From an uncultured delta proteobacterium (lineage in GTDB: Bacteria > Desulfobacterota > Desulfomonilia > UBA1062): a stretch of 64,000 nucleotides of DNA. The position numbers were made by a program, and so were the translations under genes. Below the pieces are notes generated by a model. The model was not told the DNA's origin. It did no database searches and saw only the letters and a program-made list of their open reading frames with translations. The first letter of the stretch is position 1, and every line of letters begins with the position of its first letter. The stretch lies in the NCBI GenBank assembly GCA_963752595.1, contig CAVVYZ010000022.1:64001-128000 (forward strand), written 5' to 3'. Shown piece after piece: positions 1 through 10,463 of this stretch.

Positions 1-1271
1 ACGTGCTCATCGTTGATTACAACGCCACGAGCAGGATGGTCCTCTCGCTTATGCTCGAAACATGGGGCGTCCGCCACGAAGAAACGTCCGGAGGTACTGA
101 GGCGCTTATCCTGCTCAAAGAGGCACAGAAAAAGGACGACCCGTTCGACATTGCCATACTCGACTCGGTTACCGTGGGCATGAGCGGAGAAGAGCTCGGC
201 AGGAGGATAAGCAACGATGCGGCCCTGAAAGATACTGCGCTCGTTATGCTCTTCTCTATTACCCAGAGAGGCGAGGCATCGAGGCTGAAACGAGCCGGTT
301 TCGTTGCGTATCTCAGCAAACCCGTCAGGCAGGCTCACCTCTTCGATTGTCTCTCCACGGTTCTGGGAATCAGGAGTCCGCAAAAGGAGGATCACCGACC
401 GGTGAGCATCCGCACCGATCTGAATGAAGAGAGGCGGCATCACAGGCGTATCCTTCTCGTAGAAGACAACCATACGAACCAGATGGTAGCCATGGGCATT
501 CTCGAACGTCTGGGATATCAGGCGAGCGCTGTCGAAAACGGGGCGGATGCCATTAAATCACTTGAGACAATGCCGTATGACCTGATTCTCATGGACTGCC
601 AGATGCCGGGTATGGACGGGTTCGAAACCACCGCCATCATCCGGGATCAGACCTCCCGGGTCCTTGATCACTCGGTGCCCATCATTGCCATGACGGCCTA
701 TGCTATGAAGGGCGACCGGGAGAGATGCATCACGGCAGGAATGGATGATTATCTTTCCAAGCCCATCAGCTCGGCAGAGATCGATGCCATGCTGATGAAG
801 TGGTTTGCCCGGATGGATGAGGCCCATGCTGCTTCACCGGACGATCTCCCTGAGCCCCTTGCAACCGAGGACCATTCTCATGCAGGTGATTCACCAATGG
901 AAATCAAAGACGAGCCGGTCTTCGACATCGACGGCCTTATGGACAGGCTTGCAGGAGATGAAGAACTGGCGCGAATGGTCGTTGCCGCTTTTTTCGATGA
1001 TGTTTCCTCTACAGTCTCGTCACTGAAGAATTCTTTGGAGAAGTGCGACGCGGCAGCAATCGACTTCCATGCCCACACGCTCAAGGGAGCAGCCGGGAAC
1101 GTGGGAGGGATGTCGCTTCGGCAAACGGCACTGCAGATGGAGAAGGCAGGTAAAGCAGGCGATCCGGATACAGCCTTAAGGCTGATGCCTGAGCTTACGC
1201 ACAAGCTTGACCTTTTCAAGATGGCTGCCGAAGAGAAAGGTTGGGTGGAAAAGAAAGGAATGAGTGCATGA
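1..1271 (+). CDS. Hybrid sensor kinase/response regulator, C-terminal part (REC-REC-HPt); 5' truncated by window edge
   Basis: Two receiver domains (LIVD..., ILLVEDN...LMDCQMPGMDG...KP) followed by an HPt motif AHTLKGAAGNVG. Confidence 0.9.
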   Translation, partial: VLIVDYNATSRMVLSLMLETWGVRHEETSGGTEALILLKEAQKKDDPFDIAILDSVTVGMSGEELGRRISNDAALKDTALVMLFSITQRGEASRLKRAGFVAYLSKPVRQAHLFDCLSTVLGIRSPQKEDHRPVSIRTDLNEERRHHRRILLVEDNHTNQMVAMGILERLGYQASAVENGADAIKSLETMPYDLILMDCQMPGMDGFETTAIIRDQTSRVLDHSVPIIAMTAYAMKGDRERCITAGMDDYLSKPISSAEIDAMLMKWFARMDEAHAASPDDLPEPLATEDHSHAGDSPMEIKDEPVFDIDGLMDRLAGDEELARMVVAAFFDDVSSTVSSLKNSLEKCDAAAIDFHAHTLKGAAGNVGGMSLRQTALQMEKAGKAGDPDTALRLMPELTHKLDLFKMAAEEKGWVEKKGMSA

Positions 1272-1663
1272 AGGCGCTTATCGTTGAGGACGAATTTACG
1301 AGCAGGCTCATCCTGCAGAAGTTTCTCTCGAGCAGCAGTGAAGTACACGTGAGCGGCAACGGCCGGGAAGGTCTCGAAGCATTCAAGGCTGCCCTGGATC
1401 AGGGATCTCCTTTCGATCTCGTCTGTATGGACGTCATGATGCCGGAAATGGACGGCCCTGCTGCGCTCATTGGGATAAGGGCATTTGAGGAGGAAATCGG
1501 CATCAAGGAAAAAATATCGAGGGTGAAAGTCCTCATGACGACCGGTCTGGGTGAGACCGACAGCGCCCTTGACAGCATCAGAAACCTGTATGACGGCATC
1601 CTGACCAAGCCTGTCAGGCTGAACACCCTCATGGTCACCCTCGCCTCACTGGGCCTTATATAA
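1268..1663 (+). CDS. Single-domain response regulator (CheY-like)
   Basis: MKALIVEDE...MDVMMPEMDG...KP; ATG at 1268 overlaps the upstream stop (ATGA). Confidence 0.9.
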   Translation: MKALIVEDEFTSRLILQKFLSSSSEVHVSGNGREGLEAFKAALDQGSPFDLVCMDVMMPEMDGPAALIGIRAFEEEIGIKEKISRVKVLMTTGLGETDSALDSIRNLYDGILTKPVRLNTLMVTLASLGLI

Positions 1664-1742
1664 CAGTATTACTCGCAAGATAACATTTTCTTAAGCGTAT
1701 CCCTTTACAATAAAACTCGAACTGATGTGCAGGAAAAAACCA

Positions 1743-2906
1743 TCAGCTTGTCCGCAGCGACTCCACGATATTCATGCGTGATGCCCTGAACGCAGGCAGC
1801 ACGCCTCCCGTAAGACCCATGATGAGAGAGAAGGCCAGGGATTCAAAAAATATGGACGGGGTAAGGGTGAACTTGAATGCCAGCTCGGAGAAGGACTGGA
1901 AGTTCACGGTCGAGATGGTGATGAACTGCATGAACGAGGCGAAGAAGAGTCCCATGCACCCGCCGATGAGCCCGAGAAAGACTGATTCCACGAGAAAGCT
2001 CAGCAGAATGGAGCGCCTCTGGAATCCCAGGGCCCGTAAGGTCCCGATCTCCCGAACTCGGTTTGCCACGGCAGAGTACATGGTGATCATGGCACCGATA
2101 ACTGCGCCCAGAGAGAATATCACCGTAAGCGTAATGCCGAGGATCGTGAGAAACTTCGCCATCATCTCGGACTGCTCAAGGTAAAATGCAGTCTCACGCT
2201 TTGCCTGGAGAGTGAGCCGCGGGTCATTCTCGATAGCTGCCTTTGCCCTGTCCAGATGTGAGGCATCGCTCATCTTGAAGATCACGATCGAATATACCGG
2301 CCTCCTGAACGTCTGCATGACCTGTTCTGCATCGCCCCAGATCTCGGAACTGAATGCCGTGTTGCCTGCATCCATGATGCCGACGACCCTCCAGTTCCTG
2401 ATACTGTCTGAAAGTGTGCTTCCCAGGGTAAGGTCCTTGAACCTCTTCACCAGACTTGTGCCCACGACCATCTCAGGAGTGCCGAACCTGGGCATGCGTC
2501 CTTGAATGAGCTTGACCTGTGGCCGTAAGGCAAGGGATTCTTTCCCGATTCCACGGATCGTGACATTGGATGTCCCGCCCGCCTTTTTGGGCAATGTAAT
2601 GAGTACCACGACCTCCTTTGACAGGATCCGATCGCCGTTCCTATCCGTGGCGATTCCGGGCAGGGTCTCCACCACGGCAGCCTTTTCCCGCTCGATAGAG
2701 CTGTCGACCTCACTGGTCGCCCCTTTTCGCAGTACGATCATGTTATCGTAGGAGCCAGTTTGCACAAGGGTTTTCCGGAGGCCTGCAGCCAGCATGAGGA
2801 CCGTGGCGAAGACAAATACCACGAGTGCCATGCCCGTGGCGGTGAGGAATGTGGTGAGGCGTCTTGTCCAGAGGCTGCGGAAACTGTAGGATAACGGCAC
2901 CGCCAT
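1743..2906 (-). CDS. ABC transporter permease (FtsX/MacB-like)
   Basis: N-terminal TM, large periplasmic domain, REIGTLRALGF motif, three C-terminal TMs. Confidence 0.9.
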   Translation of the reverse strand: MAVPLSYSFRSLWTRRLTTFLTATGMALVVFVFATVLMLAAGLRKTLVQTGSYDNMIVLRKGATSEVDSSIEREKAAVVETLPGIATDRNGDRILSKEVVVLITLPKKAGGTSNVTIRGIGKESLALRPQVKLIQGRMPRFGTPEMVVGTSLVKRFKDLTLGSTLSDSIRNWRVVGIMDAGNTAFSSEIWGDAEQVMQTFRRPVYSIVIFKMSDASHLDRAKAAIENDPRLTLQAKRETAFYLEQSEMMAKFLTILGITLTVIFSLGAVIGAMITMYSAVANRVREIGTLRALGFQRRSILLSFLVESVFLGLIGGCMGLFFASFMQFITISTVNFQSFSELAFKFTLTPSIFFESLAFSLIMGLTGGVLPAFRASRMNIVESLRTS

Positions 2907-4064
2907 CTAGCCGATCCTCCGTAAACCGTCTGCTATGCGGATCCGGATGGCCTGTATGGCAGGAATGAACGATGCGGCAAATCCCACCAGGAAGGCGATT
3001 CCCAGATCGAACAGTATTGTCGAACGTGCAACGTTGAAAATGGGGAAAAAGGCGCTTAAGCCCTGTTTGAATCCTGCAGCTGCCGGATAGGTGAGTACAA
3101 TTCCGAGCAGCGACCCCATGGAAGTGATCACCAGGGCTTCACCCACGATCAGGATGGTGATGTGGATCCCGGTATATCCGAGCGTTTTGAGCACCGCATA
3201 CTCCCCGATCCTCTCTCTCGTGGTCATTGCCATGGTGTTTGCCACTACTGCGAGTATGATCACGATGACCACGATGGATACCACGTTGATAACCTGCACT
3301 ATGGCCTGGCTCATGGAGATGAAGCCCATGATGAAAGCCTGTTCGGTCTCGGTAAGGGTTTCCGCAGGTGAGTTTTTAAACATCGCGTCTATTTCCAGGG
3401 CTACATCCGAAGATCGGTTCGGATCCTTTACCCCGATGAGGTAGAACCCCACCTGGTCGGCCCTGCGGGGCACGGTCTGCTTGATGGTTTCGTTGAGGTA
3501 TTCCCAGTGGAAAAAGAACTGGGTTTCGTCCGTATTCTGTGTGCGGCCCCGGTAGATGGCCTTAAGCACGAAGTCCCAGTTGCCCGGGTATATCGTCCCT
3601 TTGAGCGTTACGACATCGCCGATCTCCCAGCCGAAACGTTCCGCAAGCTTCCTCCCGGCAACGAAGCCCCTCCGGTCTTTGAAGAAATCCTCCTTCTGCT
3701 TTTCGGGCAGTATGTATTCGGGGTAGAGATTGAGATAGGTTTCGGGCTGCACGGCAAAGTTTGCAAAGAAATTCTTCTCGCTGATGTAAATGCCGCCGAA
3801 CCAGTTGCCGTAGGACACCGAGGTGACTCCTTCTGCATGACGTATCTTTTCATAATATGACAGGGGCAGCGGAAAGATCAGGGAAACGGCATTGCGGGTA
3901 ACGAGCCTGTTCGCAGACGATGATTCGACCCCGGCATACCAGGCGCTGATGACGGTCCGCAAAAGCCCGAATGCAAGGACTGCGATGGCGAAAGCGAGTA
4001 CGGTGAGGCCTGTCCTCACTTTCCGCCTGAAGGCGTTCTTCAGGATCATCTTGAGAAGGATCAT
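2907..4064 (-). CDS. ABC transporter permease (FtsX/MacB-like)
   Basis: Same topology; ERIGEYAVLKTLGY motif; coupled to neighbours. Confidence 0.9.
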   Translation of the reverse strand: MILLKMILKNAFRRKVRTGLTVLAFAIAVLAFGLLRTVISAWYAGVESSSANRLVTRNAVSLIFPLPLSYYEKIRHAEGVTSVSYGNWFGGIYISEKNFFANFAVQPETYLNLYPEYILPEKQKEDFFKDRRGFVAGRKLAERFGWEIGDVVTLKGTIYPGNWDFVLKAIYRGRTQNTDETQFFFHWEYLNETIKQTVPRRADQVGFYLIGVKDPNRSSDVALEIDAMFKNSPAETLTETEQAFIMGFISMSQAIVQVINVVSIVVIVIILAVVANTMAMTTRERIGEYAVLKTLGYTGIHITILIVGEALVITSMGSLLGIVLTYPAAAGFKQGLSAFFPIFNVARSTILFDLGIAFLVGFAASFIPAIQAIRIRIADGLRRIG

Positions 4065-4750
4065 GTACTGAATTCACCCTTTTCCAAGTGGCGGATGACG
4101 TGTGCCCTTTCAGCCGCGTGCGGGTCGTGGGTTACCATGATGATGGTCTTGTTCAGCTCGGCATTCATCCGGTCCATGAGGTCGAGCACATCGGAGGCCG
4201 ATTTGCGGTCCAGGTCGCCGGTGGGTTCGTCAGCCACCAGGATCGCCGGGTCGATGACGACAGCCCGTGCAATGGCAACCCTCTGCTGCTCTCCACCGGA
4301 GAGCTGTGAGGGATAATGGTCCATCCGTGAAGTAAGGTTCACCATCCTTAAGGCCGCCTCCACATGCTCTCTCCGTTCTTTCTTTGAAAGGCCGGTAAGG
4401 TGCAGCGGCAGGTCAACATTTTCAAAGGCAGTGAGCACGGGAATGAGATTGTAGAACTGGAAGATGAAGCCTACATTTCCTGCGCGCCAGCCGGCCAGCT
4501 CGGTCTCTGAAAGGTTGGTGATATCCACATCGTCCACGATGATCGAGCCGCTGTCCAGGCGGTCGATGCCGGCGATAAGATTGAGCAGCGTGCTTTTCCC
4601 GGAACCCGAGGGGCCCATGATGGAAAGGAATTCTCCCCTGGCTATGTCGAAGGTGATATCCGAGAGGACCGGCACCACAAGGTTGCCCCGGTAGTAGCAC
4701 TTGGAAACATGCCGGATCTCGACAATGGACGATTGCTTATCCATGATCAC
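4061..4750 (-). CDS. ABC transporter ATP-binding protein (LolD/MacB-type)
   Basis: Walker [10 protein letters not shown], signature LSGGEQQRV, Walker B ILVADEPTG, VTHD. Confidence 0.95.
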   Translation of the reverse strand: MIMDKQSSIVEIRHVSKCYYRGNLVVPVLSDITFDIARGEFLSIMGPSGSGKSTLLNLIAGIDRLDSGSIIVDDVDITNLSETELAGWRAGNVGFIFQFYNLIPVLTAFENVDLPLHLTGLSKKERREHVEAALRMVNLTSRMDHYPSQLSGGEQQRVAIARAVVIDPAILVADEPTGDLDRKSASDVLDLMDRMNAELNKTIIMVTHDPHAAERAHVIRHLEKGEFST

Positions 4751-5964
4751 TTCTCGGTAATCGTGATCTTCGACCCGTCCCGTAGGCTCTCCGGAGGATT
4801 CAGGACAACCACGTCACCCGGCTTTGCTCCCTGGGGCACTTCCACCATATCGCCGAATCTTTCTCCCGTACGGATGCCTGTTCTCACCGCCTTGCCTTCC
4901 CGAACGATGAAGACGGCCGAACCTTCTCCCGAGCTGACGATCGCCGAGGAGTTCACCATGACACGGGCTTTCTCTTCTTCCTGTGTCAGGGGCCTGGAGA
5001 GGAATCCTACTTTGGCGCTCATTTCGGGCAGGATACGGGGATCAGGCTTTGCAAACCTGATTTTCACGAGCACAGTTGCCTTGGTTCTGTCAACGGTGGG
5101 AACAATCGTATCAACAGTCCCCTGGAACCGGATTCCGGGCAGCGCATCCAGCGTTATGTCGCAGGGTTGACCGGCGCTCACCATGCCGATATTCGATTCC
5201 GCGACATCGGCCTCCACCTGGAGAGATGAAAGGTCGGCGATGGTCACAACCGCTGCTTTTGCATTGGCTGCAGACCCCATAGGCGTGATGATGTCTCCCA
5301 CATCGGCATTCTTGGTGAGAACGACCGCATCGAACGGCGCCCTGATCTCGGTATACGAGAGCGAAACCTCCGAGCTTGAAAGGGCTGCGCGGCTCGATTC
5401 AACGGCCGCCTGCGCAGCTTCCAATGCTGCTTGGGCAGAGAGGTATCGCGTCCGAACCGTATCGAACTCGGAGCGTGAAACAGCACCGGATTTCACCAGA
5501 TTCTTCATGCGCTCGAAATTGCGGGATATATTGTTCAGATTTGCCTGGGCCTCCTGAACCCTTGCCCTGGCAAGTGCGAGATTGGCCCGGCTCTGGTCCA
5601 CGATAGCCTTGGCATCTTCGTTTTCGAGCCTGGCAAGGACCTGTCCCTGCTTTACGACGCTGCCTTCCTGGACCATGAGGGAGACGAGCTGGCCCGTGAC
5701 TTTGGTAGCCACGTCGGCCTTTCTCTGCGCAACGACATAACCGCTTGCACTGAGACGGGCCAGAAGCTGCGACGGATAGACCTCGCTCACGGTTGCAACG
5801 GACACAGCCACACCCTTTGAAGTAAAGGCCCAGACAATAAGTATTATAACGATGATGCCGGTTGCACCGAGGGTTATGGGCAGCACTGGTTTCGGCCGCC
5901 GGCGGGTCTGCTTGTCTTTTCGTTTTCTCTCTATGGCAAGCTTTTCGAGATCCTTGTCTTCCAT
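4747..5964 (-). CDS. Efflux periplasmic adaptor (MFP/MacA-like)
   Basis: N-terminal TM, lipoyl halves (VQEGSVVKQGQVL; EIRAPFDAVV), coiled hairpin; start taken at MEDKD. Confidence 0.9.
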   Translation of the reverse strand: MEDKDLEKLAIERKRKDKQTRRRPKPVLPITLGATGIIVIILIVWAFTSKGVAVSVATVSEVYPSQLLARLSASGYVVAQRKADVATKVTGQLVSLMVQEGSVVKQGQVLARLENEDAKAIVDQSRANLALARARVQEAQANLNNISRNFERMKNLVKSGAVSRSEFDTVRTRYLSAQAALEAAQAAVESSRAALSSSEVSLSYTEIRAPFDAVVLTKNADVGDIITPMGSAANAKAAVVTIADLSSLQVEADVAESNIGMVSAGQPCDITLDALPGIRFQGTVDTIVPTVDRTKATVLVKIRFAKPDPRILPEMSAKVGFLSRPLTQEEEKARVMVNSSAIVSSGEGSAVFIVREGKAVRTGIRTGERFGDMVEVPQGAKPGDVVVLNPPESLRDGSKITITEK

Positions 5965-6053
5965 CTCTTGAAACCTCATTTCAGTCAATATCATTGCTTA
6001 CATATATATACCAATATACATAAAATCTTTAACTTATCATATCTAAATCGCAG

Positions 6054-6096
6054 AAAAGAAAAGGGCACTACCGGGGAATTCTCCGGTGTTGCCCTT
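6054..6096 (-). terminator. Intrinsic terminator downstream of asparagine synthetase-like gene
   Basis: AAGGGCA-CTACCGGGGAATTCTCCGGTGT-TGCCCTT hairpin followed by a U-rich tail on the minus strand. Confidence 0.65.
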
Positions 6097-6138
6097 GAGC
6101 ATTTATTAATTTGCGGTGAACCTGATCGGCAATTATCC

Positions 6139-7362
6139 TTAGAAGAGAAAGAGCGGAAACGAATCCGGGTTCTTGCCGAAGCAGGTGAGATCGTCTATTT
6201 TATCTATTTTGGGACCTTTCAGCAAGGCGTAAAGCGATCGCTCGACACCGATTCCACCTCCCATGGTATCCGGAAAATAAGGCTTGTTGTTTCCATCCTT
6301 CATGGCGACTGCAGTCAGAAACGGCCCGTACCCATCTAGTATGGAGATATTTTCAAGTACACCGTTTGAGAATGCCGGGGCCTCGGGGATGATCTTGTTA
6401 TCGATGAGGCGGTAAATGATCGGTTCGTAAAGCCATTCCCGGATTGCACCGGAAAGTATCTCGAGCGCCGGAGTAAATTTGTTCGTCTCCCGCAGGAGGG
6501 ACCTTGCGCAGATATCATAGTTGTAAATCATGTCCGAGTCGAACGAAGTAAGCGGGAGCCTGGAGCCGTCAGGAAGGAGATAGGGATAAATGAGATCGTA
6601 GTTTTCCCGCAAGAGACCGGTTACCCAGAAAAATTGTGCGGATACGTCGTTTCCGATCTTCGCGTCGGTATCGATCTTCCCGTACTTCTTCAACGCATCA
6701 GTGTGCCTTATGCGCGGGAAAGGCTGTTTGGGAACTTCTATGGCTACACCGAGGTGCTTTAAATCATACTCGTTATTATCCGCAATCGCACTGAGAGCTG
6801 CAATGATCATTCGCTCGAAGAAGTCGATCACCTTCTCGAAGTCCTCTTTGAGGATCGCCTGAACTTTATCCGGGGAGTTCTTGTACTCGTCGAAACCGAT
6901 CCCGCGGTTGCGCCTCAATTCGACATCGATCTGGGAAAAGTCGATGAGGTACTTGCCGCGCTGCTTCCTCTGCGGGCTTTCGATTTCGAGCCTCACATTG
7001 GGCGAATCCACGAATATCCCTTTGATTCTCGGGTTAAAGCATGCGAGGAATTTCGAATAGATCATGGAGTGTGTCGAAACATACGGCATGCCTTTGTAGT
7101 GGATCGTCGGCACATGCTCAACGTCGTGAGCGAGGGGGTCGGTCACAGGGCTCATCTGTACCCGCTCAAGATTTATGAGGCCTTCCTTGGCAAGGTAATT
7201 ATGGATGGCAACGACAAATGACGTGCGGATATTCATTGCCGAAAAGAGCGTCTCGTTCACCCACTTCTCAACATAATTCTTTCTGATGAAATCTTCAAAG
7301 CTGCTGCCTGACTGAACGAGAGACGCCTGAAAGTGGAACAGGTCCTCACCAATAAAAGCCAT
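6139..7362 (-). CDS. asnA: Archaeal-type asparagine synthetase A (AsnRS-like class II aaRS paralog without anticodon domain)
   Basis: SPVTDPL, THSMIYSK, SPNVRLE, DFSQIDVE, NYD, EILSGAIRE and GGGIGVER motifs resemble the Pyrococcus AS-A family. Confidence 0.75.
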   Translation of the reverse strand: MAFIGEDLFHFQASLVQSGSSFEDFIRKNYVEKWVNETLFSAMNIRTSFVVAIHNYLAKEGLINLERVQMSPVTDPLAHDVEHVPTIHYKGMPYVSTHSMIYSKFLACFNPRIKGIFVDSPNVRLEIESPQRKQRGKYLIDFSQIDVELRRNRGIGFDEYKNSPDKVQAILKEDFEKVIDFFERMIIAALSAIADNNEYDLKHLGVAIEVPKQPFPRIRHTDALKKYGKIDTDAKIGNDVSAQFFWVTGLLRENYDLIYPYLLPDGSRLPLTSFDSDMIYNYDICARSLLRETNKFTPALEILSGAIREWLYEPIIYRLIDNKIIPEAPAFSNGVLENISILDGYGPFLTAVAMKDGNNKPYFPDTMGGGIGVERSLYALLKGPKIDKIDDLTCFGKNPDSFPLFLF

Positions 7363-7482
7363 ACTATCCTCCTTGATCTTTGAAGTTGTTTATCAGGTCA
7401 TTATGGGAAAGATCAAAGATCCAATCACTCTATGGGCAAATGCCCCTTCTTGCTCCATAATGCCCTGATTGGGTCACAATTC

Positions 7483-7498
7483 AGCAACCTCTATGCCA
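7483..7498 (-). promoter_or_regulatory. Sigma-54 (-24/-12) promoter upstream of asnA-like gene
   Basis: Minus strand TGGCAT-AGAGG-TTGCT with exact GG-N10-GC spacing. Confidence 0.7.
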
Positions 7499-7727
7499 AA
7501 TGCCCTGAAACGCTACCATTGCAACCTATCACATCAATCCTTGCACTGTAAAGATTCTCTGCGTACCGGCATCTATTGATAAAATGAGCATGCTCAGTGC
7601 GCCCGGTCTTTGAAAAGAATCCCTTAGGGAAATTGCCGGCAATCGTACAATTTTGGGCAACGGATCAGCTTCAGACCAAATTTGTGTGAATAAACATCTT
7701 GAGGTCCTTTTCAAGGCGTTCAATTAA

Positions 7728-9128
7728 TCAGAACTTGAACTTATCGTATTCTGCCGGAACGCAAGTCGGATATTCGCCGCTGAAGCATGCGGTGCAATAG
7801 CGGCTCCCGTCTTCAACGGTCTGCAGCATGGCCTCGATTGAGAGATGTGCCAGGGAGTCTGCCCCGATAAAATCAGCAACATCGGCTACCGAGTGGCTGC
7901 ACGCAATAAGCTCGGACTTCGAGGATATATCTATCCCATAATAGCAGGGCGAGGCGATAGGCGGCGAACTTATCCTGACATGCACTTCGGAAGCGCCGCG
8001 TGACCTCAGGAGCTGGACGATCTGCCGCATGGTCGTGCCTCTGACAATGGAATCATCCACCACAACTACACGTTTCCCATCGATCACCCCGCTCACCGGG
8101 TTGAGCTTGACCCTGACATCGAGCTTGCGCTTGTCCTGGTGGGGAGCGATAAAGGTGCGGCCCACGTAGTGATTCCTGATGAGGCCGATCTCGTAGCGGA
8201 TGCCTGAGGCCTGGGCATACCCGAGCGCAGCGGTATTGCCGGAATCCGGTACCGAAATAACGATGTCGGCCTCGCATGGCGCCTCGCGCGCGAGCTGTTT
8301 GCCGAGCCTCCTGCGCACTTTGTCCACCTTTTCGCCGAAAACCAGGCTGTCAGGCCGGGAAAAGTAGATATGTTCGAAGATGCATTGAGACAGCCTCGGC
8401 GCCTGAGGGAGCTTGTATGAAGAAATGCCTTCTGCATCGATGATAAGGATCTCGCCCGGCTCTACGGACCTGATATACTCCGCTCCGATGATATCGAAAG
8501 CGCATGTCTCCGAGGCCACGACATATGCGCCTTCGGATCTGCCCAGCGAGAGAGGCCTGAACCCATATGGGTCGCGGGCCGCCACGAGCTTGTCCGGAGT
8601 AAGCAGTAAAAAACAGTAGGAACCGACAACCTGCTTGAGGGCATCGATGAACATATCGAGGAAACCGTTCTCATGAGAGCTTGCCATGAGGTGCAGGATA
8701 ATCTCGCTGTCGGAGGTGGTCTGAAAGATGGAACCTCTCTGCTGCAGGCCGCCCCTCAGCTCTTTGGCATTCGTTATGGTGCCGTTATGGGCTAATGCTA
8801 TTTTTCCGGCCTTGCTCTCCACGGAAATGGGCTGCGCATTGGTAATATCGCTCGTACCCTTCGTTGAGTACCGGTTATGACCTATGGCTGAAGTTCCCCG
8901 CAAGCGGGGCATGGCGGTGGGTTCCGAAAAGACCGACCATACGAGGCCGAGACCTTTCTTGAGCTTGATGTCCTCCCCGCTCGTGGATGCTATCCCTGCA
9001 CTCTCCTGCCCCCGATGCTGGAGTGCATACAGGCCCAGGTAGGTTTTTTCAGCAGCTTCCGGATCTCCGAAAATCCCGAATACCCCGCATTCTTCGTGCC
9101 AGTGGTCGTCGTCATATACTTCGATCAT
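7728..9128 (-). CDS. purF: Amidophosphoribosyltransferase
   Basis: Propeptide then CGVFG, LQHRGQESAG, HNRYST, AHNG, VVVDDSIVRGTT, Fe-S cysteines (CIFEH, PCYYG, YCTACF). Confidence 0.97.
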   Translation of the reverse strand: MIEVYDDDHWHEECGVFGIFGDPEAAEKTYLGLYALQHRGQESAGIASTSGEDIKLKKGLGLVWSVFSEPTAMPRLRGTSAIGHNRYSTKGTSDITNAQPISVESKAGKIALAHNGTITNAKELRGGLQQRGSIFQTTSDSEIILHLMASSHENGFLDMFIDALKQVVGSYCFLLLTPDKLVAARDPYGFRPLSLGRSEGAYVVASETCAFDIIGAEYIRSVEPGEILIIDAEGISSYKLPQAPRLSQCIFEHIYFSRPDSLVFGEKVDKVRRRLGKQLAREAPCEADIVISVPDSGNTAALGYAQASGIRYEIGLIRNHYVGRTFIAPHQDKRKLDVRVKLNPVSGVIDGKRVVVVDDSIVRGTTMRQIVQLLRSRGASEVHVRISSPPIASPCYYGIDISSKSELIACSHSVADVADFIGADSLAHLSIEAMLQTVEDGSRYCTACFSGEYPTCVPAEYDKFKF

Positions 9129-9479
9129 GTCGTATCCTCACGCCCCTGTAATATTTTCAACGGTAAAGTAATTCCAAAGATGCCTGTGCTTAAAAAAGCG
9201 TATCATGCGGCCAGGAATGCCATGACATAAATCGGACATCGGGAAAGTACACCTCTTCAGCATGAAAAGCAATGATGATGCCACAGATCTCTAAAGTTAA
9301 TATAATGAGCAATTAATAGGAGATACATGCATTGCCAGTGGATATTCCTGTCGAAATAATGTGATAGAAAAGTTCCATCAATTAATTTCCGAACAATTTT
9401 GTTGCTGTGATGACGGAATTTTTTACTGCTCTGATAAAAAGACTTGATTCCCAATTATCTGAGCTCGATTAAAAGTAGT

Positions 9480-9848
9480 ATGAAGTATCTTTTTGACAGG
9501 CGTTTTCTCATCGCTGTCTGGATTACGATATTTCTTATGAAATTTGCCATCGGGCTTGCCCATCTCCTGACGCTCCGGAAGAGCATCAATCCTGTAACCC
9601 TTGACCTCTCCCAGGAAGCCTACCAGGGGACAAACCCGAAAACGCTCGATGCGCTCAATGAATTCGCACTGACCGTGAATAATACTTTTGATACATACCA
9701 GAGAAGCGCCCAGAGGGAACACCTTTTTGCCGCAGGGGGATACCTCACAGCTGCGCTTACATCCTTCCTTTCCATCATGCTCGTGCTCCGCGATGTTCTT
9801 TTCATCAGAGGGGCAAACACCCCTTTGAGCACAACGATAGAGATATAG
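9480..9848 (+). CDS. Hypothetical membrane protein (two hydrophobic segments)
   Basis: ORF from MKYLFDRR with N- and C-terminal TM-like stretches. Confidence 0.55.
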   Translation: MKYLFDRRFLIAVWITIFLMKFAIGLAHLLTLRKSINPVTLDLSQEAYQGTNPKTLDALNEFALTVNNTFDTYQRSAQREHLFAAGGYLTAALTSFLSIMLVLRDVLFIRGANTPLSTTIEI

Positions 9849-9860
9849 GATGGAAAAACG

Positions 9861-10463
9861 TTAAGGCATTGCAGAAGCGGCTATCCCGGCTATGAGCATG
9901 GCTATGCCTTTCCTGACCATCATAACGCCGATGGATGCCATGAAAAGATTTGCGATCTTTGAGATGATCGTCGTCCCTGCACTGCCGAGAATGCGGTTGA
10001 CCTGGCCAGCAAAGAAAAAGAAGAACCCTGCGATCAGGATATTGAGCGTGAGTGCCGTGGCAGTGAGAACCGCTCCATAGTTATCGAAAAGCAGGATCGA
10101 GGTTGTAAGCACAGCCGGGCCGGTGATCAGGGGCACGCCCAGCGGAACTGCTCCGAGGCCGCCCTTCAGCAGCCTTCTCTGGAGCTTTTCAGAAGAGAGC
10201 AGGTCACTGATTGCAATTACGAAGATGAGAATACCCCCGGCCACCATGAAATCCGCGATGCTGATCCCCAGAAGGCGCAAAGTCGCCCTGCCGCCGAAGA
10301 GAAAGGTAAGCGCCACGAACGTTGCCGTCAGGACCGATTCGAGAATGATCTTGAGAACATGCCGCCATGACATACCCTGGGTAAGTGTAATAAACATCGG
10401 CAGGGTACCTATGGCATCCACTGCTACGAACAGCGGAACAAAGCACATCCAGAATTCTCTCAT
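9861..10463 (-). CDS. MarC family membrane protein
   Basis: LFVAVDAIG, FMVAGGILIF, VPLGVPLITGPAVLTT motifs. Confidence 0.9.
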   Translation of the reverse strand: MREFWMCFVPLFVAVDAIGTLPMFITLTQGMSWRHVLKIILESVLTATFVALTFLFGGRATLRLLGISIADFMVAGGILIFVIAISDLLSSEKLQRRLLKGGLGAVPLGVPLITGPAVLTTSILLFDNYGAVLTATALTLNILIAGFFFFFAGQVNRILGSAGTTIISKIANLFMASIGVMMVRKGIAMLIAGIAASAMP

